DNA of 64,000 bases. It comes from an uncultured Planctomycetaceae bacterium. GTDB taxonomy: Bacteria > Planctomycetota > Planctomycetia > Planctomycetales > Planctomycetaceae. The stretch is from assembly GCA_963815195.1 (NCBI GenBank), contig CAWFGE010000018.1, positions 224,001 through 288,000 on the forward strand. Direction: 5' to 3'. The translations under genes and the position numbers were made by a program. The notes below the pieces were generated by a model. The model saw nothing but the letters and a program-made list of their open reading frames with translations. It did no database searches and was not told the origin of the DNA. Shown piece by piece: positions 1-10,974 of this stretch; the first letter of the stretch is position 1, and each line of letters starts with the position of its first letter.

Positions 1-678
1 AAGCCCTGGAAGTTCGTCGCCGTCACAAAGCCCGGCACGTGGAATCAATGGTATCACGGCGAAGGCGTGGGGGATGTCAACGGCGACGGGCGGCTCGATT
101 TGGTCTTGAACGACGGTTGGTGGGAGCAGCCGGCGAATGCGAAAGACACGCCTTGGAAAGAGCACAAGGTCCGCTTCTCCAAAGGCCGGGGCGGAGCGCA
201 GATGTTCGTCCAGGATCTCAATGGTGACGGGAAAAATGACATCATCACCAGCCTCGACGCCCACGGCTGGGGGCTGGCGTGGTTTGCGCAAGAGTCCCCC
301 GCGAAATTCCGCGAGCATAAAATCATGGGCGACCGTTCGGAATTGGCGAAGTATCAAGTCGCCTTCACGCAGCCGCACGCCTTGGAGCTTGCGGACATCG
401 ACGGGGACGGTTTGAAAGACATCATCACCGGCAAACGCCGCTGGGCGCACGGCCCCAAAGGCGACATCGAACCGGATGCCGACCCCGTCGTGTATTGGTT
501 TCGGCAAGTCCAAACGCCCGGCCGGGGCACGGAGTTTCTGCCGGTTCTGATTGATGAGACGTCCGGCGTGGGCGTGCAAATTGCCGTGGCGGACGTCGAC
601 GGCGACGGTTTGCCCGATGTGCTGACCACGTCGAAGCTCGGCACGTTTGTGTTTCATCAGCGAAGACAAAAACCTTGA
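1..678 (+). CDS. FG-GAP/VCBS repeat beta-propeller protein (5' partial)
   Basis: Frame is open from base 1 (KPWKFVAV...). Repeated Ca-binding FG-GAP motifs: GDVNGDGRLD, DLNGDGKND, DIDGDGLKD, DVDGDGLPD. Confidence 0.85.
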   Translation, partial: KPWKFVAVTKPGTWNQWYHGEGVGDVNGDGRLDLVLNDGWWEQPANAKDTPWKEHKVRFSKGRGGAQMFVQDLNGDGKNDIITSLDAHGWGLAWFAQESPAKFREHKIMGDRSELAKYQVAFTQPHALELADIDGDGLKDIITGKRRWAHGPKGDIEPDADPVVYWFRQVQTPGRGTEFLPVLIDETSGVGVQIAVADVDGDGLPDVLTTSKLGTFVFHQRRQKP

Positions 679-748
679 CGCGGATTTTTCTAAAGTTCTC
701 GCGGACGTGTTCCGGAGTTCTTCAGGATGAGGAGATCGAGGAGTGATT

Positions 749-2887
749 ATGACTTATCGACTGATCGGCTTGGGGCTATTGGTGGGACTTTTGGGCCTGG
801 GCTGCGGCGGCGAAGAAAAAGAGGCGAAAGGACCAACCGACCCCCTCGCCGGGAATTGGCTGCTCATGATGAGCAAGGACTTCCCGCAGGAAGGCTTCCA
901 CGATGTGACCACCGTGATGCTTTCCATCCAAAAGAACGACGGGAAATACACGGCCAGCCTCAAGGGCAGCAAACCGGCGCTGCCGGGCGCGAAGCTCAAA
1001 TCGTATGAGATCAAAAACGATCGGGTGCACCTCGTGTTGGTCAGCGGGGAATACGCGCTCGATTTTGTGGGAAAGCCCCAGGGCAAAACGATTCCGGGAA
1101 ATGTCGACTACGGCCGTTTGAACATCGAACCCGCCCGGCTGGTCCGTAGCTCGGCGAGCGACATCGACCAAGCGCCGCCGTTTGCGATGCCGGACGCCCG
1201 CGCCGAATTCGAAAAATTCCTGAGCAAGATCAGCGAGGAAAATGCCGGTTCGGCCTCCCCTGACAATCGGTTCTCGGACTTTCAGAAGTTCTGCGACGAG
1301 CATCCCCAAAGCCCCATTTCGGTGCTTGTGTATCACAAGCTTGCGGAGGCCCTTCCGCAAAAAGCGGCGTCCGAAGCCGACGTCAAGAAGTTTGCCGACG
1401 GCTATTTGAAGGCGTCGGCCCACTGGGGAAGCCGGATGGTCGTTCTGGCGAACTACAATCTGAGCGAGAACCTGGGCACGAAACCCAAGTTCGCCGGTGT
1501 CAGCCTGGAGTTTCTCAAAAAAGCCGAGGACCAACTGGCCCCGGCGGACCGCACCCGCCTCCAAGCGCTGTTCGACGGCGTCCGCCGGTATGTGGATCAA
1601 ATGCAAGCCCGCGAACAGGCGAAAGCGATCCGGGCGACGGTGGCAAAGGGCAATGGTGAAGACGGCCTCGAGACGCTGAGAAAACTCCACGAGAAATTTC
1701 CGTTCGATCCGGTGTTGATGTTTTATCACGCCGAGGCCGCCCGCGCGACGGACCACGTCGATGAGGCCCTCCGGTCCTATGCCCGAATCTCCACCTGGCC
1801 GTCGGTCGAGCAGAAACTGACGCAGGAAGACGCCTGGCTGACGGGCGACCGCGAACTGCCCCGCAACCGACTGCTGGAACTGTGGGTCAAACAGCACGGC
1901 AGCGAGGCCGGCTTGGACGACTTCAAGCAGAAAGTCTACGCGGAGGCGACGACGTTGATCGCCGAGCAAATCGGCCATCCCAAAACGCCGCCCGCGGGAA
2001 ACCGCGTCAGCGTGATGGAACTCTTCACCGGGGCGCAGTGCCCGCCCTGCGTGGGAGCGGACCTCGCGACCGCGGCACTCGAGCACTTGTATCCGAAATC
2101 CCATCTGATCGTGCTCCGCTATCACGTGCACATTCCCGCCTTTGACCCCATGACCAACGGCGAAAACTTCGGCCGGTTTGCAGCACTGCTCGGCCCGGAG
2201 GCCCAAGACCAGATGGGGACGCCGACGCTGTTTCTCAACGGGGCCAGGCCTCCGGTGAGCGTGGCGGGATATATCAACCAGGCCACCCGCATCGGCAAGG
2301 AGCTTAATGACTCGGTCCGCCCGGCAATGGACGATCACACGCCGCTTGACTTGAAGCTCTCCGCCTACCAAAACGGCGGTGAGATCACCGTCTCCGCCAA
2401 ACTCGATGGCGTTCCGGAAAACCAGTCCAACAAACTGCGGGTGCTGCTGTTGTTGGCGGAAGGCGATGTGAAGTTCCCCGCCCCCAATGGAATTCTCCGC
2501 CACGAAATGCTGGTGCGCTGGCTGTACAACGGCGAGAAAGGATCCGTGCTGAACACTCCGGCGGGTTTCGACTTCACGACGACGACCCGCGTCACGGACA
2601 TCCGCGAGTTTCTCAAAAACTACTTGAAAAAGGACGCCGACGAAAAACAGCAGATTCCGCTCGCGCTCGAAGGGCTGTATCTCGTGGGCTTTGTGCACAA
2701 CGCGGAAACCCGCGAAATCCTGCAAGCCGCGAGCGTCCCCGTCGAAGTCGTGGAACGAACGGACGGGCCGCCGCCGGTCTCGACGAAGCCCGGCCCCGGC
2801 CCCACGCTGCTGCCCCCGTCCTCCGCTCCCAACCCGGCCAAGGCCGAAAAGCCCGCTCCGCCGATCGATCGGGAAAAGGGGCAATAG
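749..2887 (+). CDS. Predicted lipoprotein with helical/TPR-like region and C-terminal thioredoxin-like (Omp28-like) CxxC domain
   Basis: Lipobox LGLGC after a hydrophobic signal. ELFTGAQCPPCVGAD motif, YHVHIP...DP and GTPT cis-Pro-like motif. Pro-rich tail. Confidence 0.7.
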   Translation: MTYRLIGLGLLVGLLGLGCGGEEKEAKGPTDPLAGNWLLMMSKDFPQEGFHDVTTVMLSIQKNDGKYTASLKGSKPALPGAKLKSYEIKNDRVHLVLVSGEYALDFVGKPQGKTIPGNVDYGRLNIEPARLVRSSASDIDQAPPFAMPDARAEFEKFLSKISEENAGSASPDNRFSDFQKFCDEHPQSPISVLVYHKLAEALPQKAASEADVKKFADGYLKASAHWGSRMVVLANYNLSENLGTKPKFAGVSLEFLKKAEDQLAPADRTRLQALFDGVRRYVDQMQAREQAKAIRATVAKGNGEDGLETLRKLHEKFPFDPVLMFYHAEAARATDHVDEALRSYARISTWPSVEQKLTQEDAWLTGDRELPRNRLLELWVKQHGSEAGLDDFKQKVYAEATTLIAEQIGHPKTPPAGNRVSVMELFTGAQCPPCVGADLATAALEHLYPKSHLIVLRYHVHIPAFDPMTNGENFGRFAALLGPEAQDQMGTPTLFLNGARPPVSVAGYINQATRIGKELNDSVRPAMDDHTPLDLKLSAYQNGGEITVSAKLDGVPENQSNKLRVLLLLAEGDVKFPAPNGILRHEMLVRWLYNGEKGSVLNTPAGFDFTTTTRVTDIREFLKNYLKKDADEKQQIPLALEGLYLVGFVHNAETREILQAASVPVEVVERTDGPPPVSTKPGPGPTLLPPSSAPNPAKAEKPAPPIDREKGQ

Positions 2888-3036
2888 GCGGCCAAGTCAC
2901 ATGTCCTGGTTCCGGCGCGCTCCGACTGGGCGACTTGTGCCGATGCGCTGGGGTTCGGATTAGTGAACGCCACGCCTTGCCGCCGATTTTTTCCGGCGAG
3001 CCGAGAAAAATCCTGGAGATCTCCTCCAAGAAACTC

Positions 3037-3088
3037 TTGAACCAGAGGCCGGTTCATTCGTATGATAGGAAATTCCTTAGCAGGCTAA
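3037..3088 (+). promoter_or_regulatory. sigma70-type promoter of the marR-RND operon with SlyA/MarR-type operator
   Basis: TTGAAC (3037-3042), 18-nt spacer, TATGAT (3061-3066). Palindrome TTAGCAGGCTAA (3077-3088) is one base from the SlyA box TTAGCAAGCTAA. Confidence 0.6.
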
Positions 3089-3112
3089 CGAACTTTGTGA
3101 GACACTGTTTCT

Positions 3113-3613
3113 ATGTTGGCTTATGATTTTGATGAAAGCGTTGGGTATTGGGTGGGGATGACCTCGCATGCCATCCGCCGGGCCGTGGATGCGGAACTGG
3201 CCAAGGAGAACATCACCCTGCGGCAGTTCGAGGTTCTGGCCTGGATTGCCCTGGAGGGTGAGCCGTCGCAGGTGGAGTTGGCGGAGCGCCTGGGGATCGA
3301 AGCCCCGACGCTTGCGGGGATTTTGACCCGCATGGAACGCGACGGCTGGCTGGAGCGCTACGGTTGCCCCGAAGACCGCCGCCGCAAGCGCATCCGGGCC
3401 ACGCCCAAGGCGGAAGCGGTGTGGGCGCGGATGACCGATTGCAGCCGGCGGGTCCGCGCGAAAGCGACCCTAGGCATTTCCGCTGAGGATTTGGCGTCTT
3501 TCAAGCAGATTTGTGGAAAGCTCCGCACGAATTTGGAACCGGATGCCGAAGGCGGGTGTCCCTCCAAGGTGAAGCTGGAGCCTTCCAAACAAAAACTTCC
3601 CGTGGGTCAGTAG
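3113..3613 (+). CDS. MarR/SlyA family transcriptional regulator
   Basis: wHTH SQVELAERLGIEAPTLAGILTRMERDGWLER and DRR wing motif. Confidence 0.92.
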   Translation: MLAYDFDESVGYWVGMTSHAIRRAVDAELAKENITLRQFEVLAWIALEGEPSQVELAERLGIEAPTLAGILTRMERDGWLERYGCPEDRRRKRIRATPKAEAVWARMTDCSRRVRAKATLGISAEDLASFKQICGKLRTNLEPDAEGGCPSKVKLEPSKQKLPVGQ

Positions 3614-3638
3614 ACATTTATTATTATTGAGGGAATCG

Positions 3639-5150
3639 ATGAGATTTCGACAAATCGCACCCCGTTCGCGGCAAATCCTGAAATGGGCCGGATGTTTGGC
3701 CGGGATGTTCTTGGCGGTGACCATGCTGGCCGGTTGCGGGGGCGAGAAAGCCGCGGCCCAAGGCAAAAAAGACGGTCCCCCGGCGTTGGTGCGGGTGGCC
3801 CAGCTTAAACAAAAGCCGATCTCGCGGAAGATCATCGTGGTGGGCAACGTCACGCCCGTGCGGACGAGCGTGGTGGCTTCGGGAGCCAACGGCGTGGTGA
3901 AATTCCTCCATGACGCTCCCCGGGAAGACGACGAGGGCACTCCAGTGAGCCCGTCGGATGCGCTGGCTCTGCCGGAAGTGGAACAAGGCCAGTTCGTGAC
4001 CGAAGGGACCGTGCTTTCGGTCCTGCGAATGGAGACCGCCAACAGCGAAGTGGACCAGGCGGAAGCATTGTTGGAAGAGCGGAAAGCGAACTTCATGGCC
4101 ACGAAAGACACGCACCCGGCAGATGTCGCGCACGCGGAAGCCATGATAAAAATGGCGCAGGCGGTGGAATCCAACGCCCGCACCAAATTCAACCGCGCCC
4201 AAAACCTGTATTCTCGCGGGGCGGCGACGGACGCCGAGTTTGAAGACGCCCGGGAACGATTGACCGCGGCGAGCGAAGCCCTCGTTGCGGCCGAAAAGAA
4301 ATGGGCCAGCGTTAAGGGAGGACAGGAAATCGAGCAGGCCAAGGCCAGCCGGGACGCCCAGGCCGCCCAGGTCAAATATCTGACAACCGAGCGGGACAAG
4401 CGCACGACGAAAGCTCCCTTTGATGGATTCATCGTGGAGATGCACACCTACAAAGGGCAATGGCTGTCCAAAGGCGACCCCGTCGCGACGCTGGCGAAAA
4501 TGGACGAAGTGGACGTGATTGTCAACGTCGACCAGGCGGATTTGCCTTATGTGCGGTTCGGGCAGACGGCCCAGGTCATGGTGGAAGGGGCGGTCACGGC
4601 CAAGGGTGAGCCGAAGACCGAGTGGACGGGAGAGATCGTGCACATCGTTCCGCAAAGCGATTGGGAGCACGGGTCGCGGGGGTTTCCCGTGGTGGTGCGG
4701 ATTCACAACAAGATCGACGACGCCCCCGGAGCCGGGACCGACGCGACCCGCAAGATTCCCGTGCTCAAAGCGGGCATGCTCGCGACGGTGACGATCCTCG
4801 CCCCCGAGGTGGAAACGCTCTTGGCGCATAAAGACGCCCTGGTGCGATCGACTGAGGGCAATGCGCTGTTTCTCTTTGAGCCGAAGGACAAAACCGCCCA
4901 GCTCGATCCCAACAAACCCACGATGGGAGCCGTCCGCCAGATTTGGGTTGAACCCGATCTCGGGCTGAGCGAAGGCGAATACATCGGGATTCGCCCGGCG
5001 AGCGGACAGCCGGGCGGTCAGAATCCCTTCAAAGCCGGGCAATGGGTCGTGACGGAAGGCGGGGAGCGTTTGCGTCCCATCCAAGACAACGTCAACGCCC
5101 TCCGCCGAATCGATCCGAGCAGCGAAACCGGCGGCGATCAACCCGACTGA
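3639..5150 (+). CDS. RND efflux periplasmic adaptor (MFP) subunit
   Basis: Lipobox MLAGC, lipoyl half-motifs (GQFVTEGTVL; KAPFDGFI...GQWLSKGDPV), coiled-coil hairpin, LKAGM beta-barrel motif. Lies directly upstream of the RND permease. Confidence 0.9.
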   Translation: MRFRQIAPRSRQILKWAGCLAGMFLAVTMLAGCGGEKAAAQGKKDGPPALVRVAQLKQKPISRKIIVVGNVTPVRTSVVASGANGVVKFLHDAPREDDEGTPVSPSDALALPEVEQGQFVTEGTVLSVLRMETANSEVDQAEALLEERKANFMATKDTHPADVAHAEAMIKMAQAVESNARTKFNRAQNLYSRGAATDAEFEDARERLTAASEALVAAEKKWASVKGGQEIEQAKASRDAQAAQVKYLTTERDKRTTKAPFDGFIVEMHTYKGQWLSKGDPVATLAKMDEVDVIVNVDQADLPYVRFGQTAQVMVEGAVTAKGEPKTEWTGEIVHIVPQSDWEHGSRGFPVVVRIHNKIDDAPGAGTDATRKIPVLKAGMLATVTILAPEVETLLAHKDALVRSTEGNALFLFEPKDKTAQLDPNKPTMGAVRQIWVEPDLGLSEGEYIGIRPASGQPGGQNPFKAGQWVVTEGGERLRPIQDNVNALRRIDPSSETGGDQPD

Positions 5151-5218
5151 GACCCGCGGCCGTGTTCGCTTTCGGAAACTCCAACAGGCACATAAGTCTT
5201 TCGTCATAAAGGCGAGCC

Positions 5219-8200
5219 ATGAATCTCATTCGATTTTCCATTCAGAACCCCGTGAAGGTGGCCGTCGCCGTCATCATGTCGGTGATGTTCGGTTTGATTG
5301 CGTATTTCGGGACGCCGGTGCAGCTCACCCCCGACGTGGAAGAACCGGAAATCACCGTCACCACCCGTTGGCCGGGCGCGAGTGCCCAGGAAATCGAACG
5401 CGAAATCATCGAGGAGCAGGAATCCCACTCAAAAGCGTGGAAGGACTCCGGGAGTTCAAAAGCGAAAGCTCCGACTCCACCGGGACGATCACCCTGGAGT
5501 TCGCCGTCGGGACCGACCTGGGGGAAGCGGCGGCCCGCGTGCGGGACAAGCTGAACCAGGTGCCCGCATATCCCGAGGACGCCGACGAACCGGTGATTAC
5601 CACCGTCAATCCGAACGCCAACGCGATCGCCTGGTTCATGCTCAAGCCGCTGACGCCGACGACAGAGGAACTGGAGGCGACGGTCCGGCAGTATCCGCAT
5701 CTCAAGCCGGTGCTCGCGGACATGATCTCGGGCAAAAAGACGATCACGATCTCGGGCATGGAACGGCTGGCCAGAAAGCATCCCGAGCTGCTTCCGCTGG
5801 CCCGCGGCAAGAACGCTCCCTCCAAGATGCGCAAGTTCGCCGAGGACAAGATCGAAGCCCGCTTCGAGCGCGTGAAGGGCATTGCGAACTCCAACGTGCT
5901 CGGCGGCCGGGAACTGGAATTCCGCATAGTCGTCAATCCTTCCAAGCTGGCCAGCTACAAAGTGACCATCGACGACTTGCATACCGCCCTTAGAAATCAA
6001 AACAAAAACACCTCCGGCGGCGACATTCGCGAAGGCAAAAACAAAAACGTCGTCCGCACCATCGGGCAATACGATTCCCCCCAAGAAGTGCTCGAGACCA
6101 TTATCGCCCAGAGGGACAATTCGCCTGTCCGTGTGGGGGACGTGGCGACCGTGGGCGTGGATTACAAAAAATCCGAAGGCATCGTTCGGCAGCAGGGCGT
6201 CAATTCGCTCGCAGTCAACTGCCAGCAAACCCCCGGCACGAATCTGGTCGAAGTCATGGGGCCGACGTACCAACAACTCGACATGGACGGCGACGGCGAG
6301 ATCACGCAACTCGAACTCACCCAGGCCGAGCGGCTGTGGGGCGATTCGCTTCGCATTGCCTGCGCGGAACTCAACGCGGGCATCCTCAAGCAAATGGGAC
6401 TCCAGCTCGAACAGGTTTACGATCAGACCGATTACCTCAACTCGGCGACGGCCCTGGTGGAGAACAACATTTTCGTCGGCGGGGCGCTGGCGATTTTTGT
6501 GCTGCTGTTGTTTCTCCGCAGCCCGCGGTCGGTCGTGATCGTCGGGCTGTCCATTCCGATCAGCGTGATTGCCACGTTCTTGTTCGTGAAGGCCTTCGGC
6601 CGCAGCATCAACGTGATCAGCCTCGCGGGGATGGCGTTCGCCGTGGGCATGGTCGTGGACAACGCCATCGTCGTTTTGGAAAACATCTTTCGGCATTATC
6701 AAATGGGCAAAGACCCGGACACCGCGGCGACCAAAGGCGCGACAGAGGTTTGGGGGGCGGTGTTGGCTTCGACTTTGACCACGCTCGCCGTGTTCGTGCC
6801 GGTGATTTTCGTCGAAGGCCAGGCCGGTCAGCTTTTCCGCGACATTGCGATCGCGATCAGCTGCGCGGTCGGGCTGTCCTTGATCGTATCGATCACCGTG
6901 ATCCCCACCGCCGCCCGCCGGATTCTCAAAGAGCACACGTCGGGCGATCCGATCCCCGACAACGCCCCAACCAACGGCCAAAACGGCCACCGCCTGGAAC
7001 CGACCTGGAAACGCCATTTGAAAACCGGCATCGGCGGCGCGGTGAGCTTCGGACAGAAGATCACGGACTTGTTCGCCGCTTCGATCTACCGCCTGCAGAC
7101 GATGCCGGGCAATTTTTTGATTCGGGTGGCGGTCGTGGTGGTGTTCGTGGTGGGGTCGATTCTGGGAGCGATCGCTTTGGCGCCGGCGACGGAATACCTG
7201 CCCGACGGGAACCGCAACCTGGTGATCGCCATCATGAAGCCGCCGCCAGGCTACAACGTGGAGCAAATGATCCGCCTGGGCGAATCCATCGAGCCGGACC
7301 TCGCCAAGTATTGGGAAGCCGAACCCGGTTCCCCGGAAGAAAAGGCCTTGGACGGGCCACGGATCGAGAACTTCTTCTTCGTGGCCCGGGGGACGCGGCT
7401 GTTCATGGGAGCCCGAGCGGCCGATCCGCTTCGGGCGGGCGAGTTGGTGCCGATCATCAATAACGCGGCCCGCAAGGTGCCCGGCGTGTTCGCGTTCGCG
7501 ACGCAGGCCAGCCTGTTTGAAAGCGCGATCTCCGGCGGCCGGTCCATCGACATTGAAATCACCGGCCCCGATTTGGAAACCTTGGTGAACGAAACCCAAT
7601 TCGCGATGGGCATGTTGATGAAGGAATTTCCCTTGGCCGATGGGAACCAGCTCCAGCCCACGCCGAACCCGTCGCTGTCCAGTCCCGAATTGCACGTGAC
7701 GCCTCTGCGGGAAAAAGCCGCCGAGCAAGGCGTCAGCGCCAGCGGTCTGGGCTATGCCGTGAACGCACTTGTGGATGGAGCCTACGCCGGCGACTACTGG
7801 CACGAAGGCGAAAAGATCGACCTGGTGATTTACGGGTCCGATGAATACTCCCGGCACACGCACGATGTCGCTTCTCTGCCGATCGCCACGCCGCAAGGCA
7901 ATGTCGTGCCGATCTCGGCGGTGGCGGATGTCGCCCTAACCCGCGGCCCGGAAGCGATCCATCACAGCGAACGCGTGCGGACGTATACATTGCAACTCAA
8001 ACCCAGCCCGGCGATTCCCCTGGAAACGGCCCTCCAAACCGTCAATGAAAAAATCCGCGGGCCAATGCTCGAGCGCCCCGCGTTTCGCAGCGGGATGTAC
8101 CACATCCGCCTTGCCGGGACCGCCGACAAACTCGAAGAAACCCGGCTGGCTTTGCAGTGGAACCTCGCCCTGGCCATGATCATCACGTACCTGTTGATGT

Positions 8201-8862
8201 CGGCCCTGTTCGAGTCGTTCTTCTATCCGCTGATCATTATGACGAGCGTGTGCCTCGCGATGGTGGGCGGCTTCGGAGGATTGGCCCTCTTGAACGCCTT
8301 CACCCCGCAGGCCCTGGACATGCTCACCATGCTGGGCTTCGTCATTCTGATCGGGACCGTGGTCAATAACGCGATTCTGATCGTGCACCAGGCGCTCAAC
8401 TATATGCGGGAAGAAGGCTGGGACGAAAAACGGGCGGTAACCGAAAGCGTCCGCACCCGCATCCGTCCGATCTTTATGACCACAATGACCACCGTGCTCG
8501 GCATGCTGCCCTTGGTCCTGCCCGTGCCCACTTGGGGGCCCGACGGATTGATGTGGGTCTCGGGGGCCGGCAGCGAACTTTATCGCGGCTTGGGCAGCGT
8601 GGTGTTGGGCGGCCTGATCGTCTCCACGATGTTCACGCTGATCTTGATCCCGGTCGGCTTCAGCCTGGCGATCGATCTCAAACGGTTCCTCTCCGGCATC
8701 ATCGGCCTGAAGCCCGCAGAACCCGCCCCGGCGATGGCCGCGGAATCCCCCGCCTACAGCAGCCGCGAAATCGCTGCCCCCCACGCAACCGCCGCCGGCT
8801 CTCACCGCGAACCCGAAGCCGAACCGGTGAGCGAGTTCACCCCCACAGACCACGTCCCGTGA
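5219..8862 (+). CDS. RND efflux permease (AcrB/AcrD/AcrF family), split by one frameshift near 5427
   Basis: N-terminus MNLIRFSIQNPVKV...WPGASAQEIEREI is in ORF 5219 and continues as LKSVEG in the frame of ORF 5368..8862. Motifs GMVVDNAIVVLEN, GTVVNNAIL and RIRPIFMTT. Confidence 0.9.
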
Positions 8863-8875
8863 ACGAAGGATTCTT

Positions 8876-8930
8876 CCGTAGCGGCTTCCAGCCGCCGAGA
8901 TCGATCTCCGGCGGCAAGATGCCGCTACGG
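8876..8930. repeat. GTAG-type REP/REPIN-like inverted repeat between convergent genes
   Basis: CCGTAGCGGC (8876-8885) and GCCGCTACGG (8921-8930) with an internal GCCGCCG/CGGCGGC stem. A related half copy lies at ~38842-38866. Confidence 0.55.
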
Positions 8931-8961
8931 TTCAGCCAGACTTTTCGGCCCCTCTTCCGCC

Positions 8962-10387
8962 TTACGCTTGCGGTTCGGTCATCTTGTACGGATCGAGCGC
9001 ATCGTTCAGCACATCTTCGGGAAGAATCTTCTGCTCCTGGCAAAGTTCACGGATGGTCTTGCCGGTCTTGAAGGCTTCTTTCGCGAGCGCTGCGGCTTTT
9101 TCGTAGCCAATGTGCGGATTCAAACTCGTCACCATCGACAGACTTTGCTCCACCGCGGCTTCGCAGGCTTCTTCGTTGGCCTCGATCGACTTGGCACAGA
9201 GATCGACGAAAGCATCGGTCGCTTTGGATAGCAGCATCACGCTTTCCAAGACCGTCTGAGCCATCATGGGCATCATGATGTTGAGCTGGAAATTCCCGCC
9301 CGCCGCCCCCGCGACGGCGATCGCCTGGTCGTTGCCCATCACGCGGGCGCAAACCTGCAGCATGCTTTCGCAAAGCACCGGGTTGACCTTGCCCGGCATG
9401 ATCGAGACTGCCGGGCTGCAGATCCGGAATCTTAATTTCATAAAACCCGCACCTGGGCCCCGAACCCAACCAGCGGATGTTGTTCGCCACGTTGAACAAG
9501 GTCGAAGCAATCGCCTTGAGATCGCCGTGACATTCCACGAGCCCATCGCGCTGGGCGTTGGCTTCGAAATGGTTCTTGGCTTCCACAAACCCGATGCCGG
9601 TTTCCTGGGCGAGCACCTTCGCGACCCGGCCGCCGAATTCGGGATGCGTGTTGATCCCCGACCCCACCGCGGTCCCGCCCACGGGCAGTTCCAAGACGGC
9701 ATCCCGCGCCCGCTCGGCCCGCTGGACCGAAAGCTCGATCTGCCGGGCAAACCCGCCGAACTCCTGGCCGAGCCTAAGCGGCGTGGCATCGGCGAGATGC
9801 GTGCGGCCGATCTTGATGATCTTATCCCAAGCCGTCGCCTTCTCGCGGAGCGTTTGCTCGAAGGACTTGAGAGCCGGGATGAGCTTCTTTGTAATCTCTT
9901 GGGCGACCGCGACGTGGATCGCGGTGGGAAAGGTGTCGTTCGTGCTTTGCCCCATGTTGACGTGGTCGTTGGGATGCACGGGCTTGGTCGCGGCGAAGCG
10001 GTCGCCTCCCAAAAGTTCGATCGCCCGGTTGGAAATGACTTCGTTCACGTTCATGTTGCTCGACGTGCCCGAGCCGGTCTGGAACACATCGATCGGAAAC
10101 TGATCGTCCCAGTCCCCCGCGGCCACCTCCCGGCAGGCTTTGAGCATGGCTTCGACCTGTCCGTCACTGAGCGGATTTTTCCCGCTGCCGGTGAGCTTGC
10201 CCAGATCGCGGTTCGCCGTCCCGCAGGCGAACTTGACGAGCCCCATCGCATGAATCAGCGCGGGCGGCAACGTCATCCCGGAGATGGGAAAATTCTCGAC
10301 GGCCCGCTGCGTCTGCGAAGCATAATACGCCTGAGCCGGCACCTGCACTTCACCCATCGAATCCCGTTCCGTGCGAAACTCACTCAT
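8962..10387 (-). CDS. fumC: Class II fumarate hydratase, split by one frameshift near 9407
   Basis: MSEFRTERDSMGEV, FQTGSGTSSNMN, HPNDHVN and GRTHLADA. The signature GSSIMPGKVNP is restored by removing one base. Confidence 0.93.
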
Positions 10388-10519
10388 TGCAATATCCTTA
10401 AGATTTAACCACGAAACACACGAAAAAAGGCAGAGAAAAGATTCCCAGCATAGCCATCCGGCTCAGACGAATCCTGGATCAGGGGAAGAAGAGATGATTA
10501 CAACCGTCATGGTCCTATT

Positions 10520-10903
10520 TTATTTCTTGGGAGATGCAAATATTCTTAATTGAGATTGAAGGGCATCAATAATAGTTTTGTCTGAGGTGGGACTTATGGA
10601 TTCTGCATTTTCGAATACGTCAGGATCAAGAACAATCGCGTCTCTCAATTGGCACCCCGACAGCCTTTTGTATTCTAGATTTGCCAGATTAACGTCATCT
10701 TGTCTGACCCCGAACTCCCATCGCGGGTTACTCCACTCGTCACCGATAACCAAGCGTTCAAATTGCATATCCCCACAAATAAAATCCTCAGTGAAGTCCC
10801 AGTGGAGACAGCTTACGATCAGAACGGATCGATGAAGGTACAAAAACCGATTGCCGGGGTAACTTTCGATCATGCTTTTGACTCGGCGAATGATTTCGTT
10901 CAC
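10520..10903 (-). CDS. Hypothetical protein (AT-rich, 127 aa)
   Basis: GTG-started ORF in a low-GC patch (24/60 GC on line 10561). No motif recognised. Confidence 0.55.
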   Translation of the reverse strand: MNEIIRRVKSMIESYPGNRFLYLHRSVLIVSCLHWDFTEDFICGDMQFERLVIGDEWSNPRWEFGVRQDDVNLANLEYKRLSGCQLRDAIVLDPDVFENAESISPTSDKTIIDALQSQLRIFASPKK

Positions 10904-10974
10904 AATTGTTTCCGCATCCCTGGGTCAACCGGTCAAGCTTTTCGTGTGTTTGGTGTGTTTCGTGGTTCTAAAAT

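Noticed and set aside
776..7896. Long antisense ORFs (e.g. 776..2884, 3624..5207, 5242..7896) and similar shadows elsewhere
   Set aside because: These are mirror frames of GC-rich genes with strong codon bias and show no protein motifs.
8962..10387. fumC, mqnD, ABC-F and RND as true pseudogenes or programmed frameshifts
   Set aside because: Each has a single indel with intact catalytic motifs and no obvious slippery site plus stimulator. The window-wide pattern fits sequencing error.
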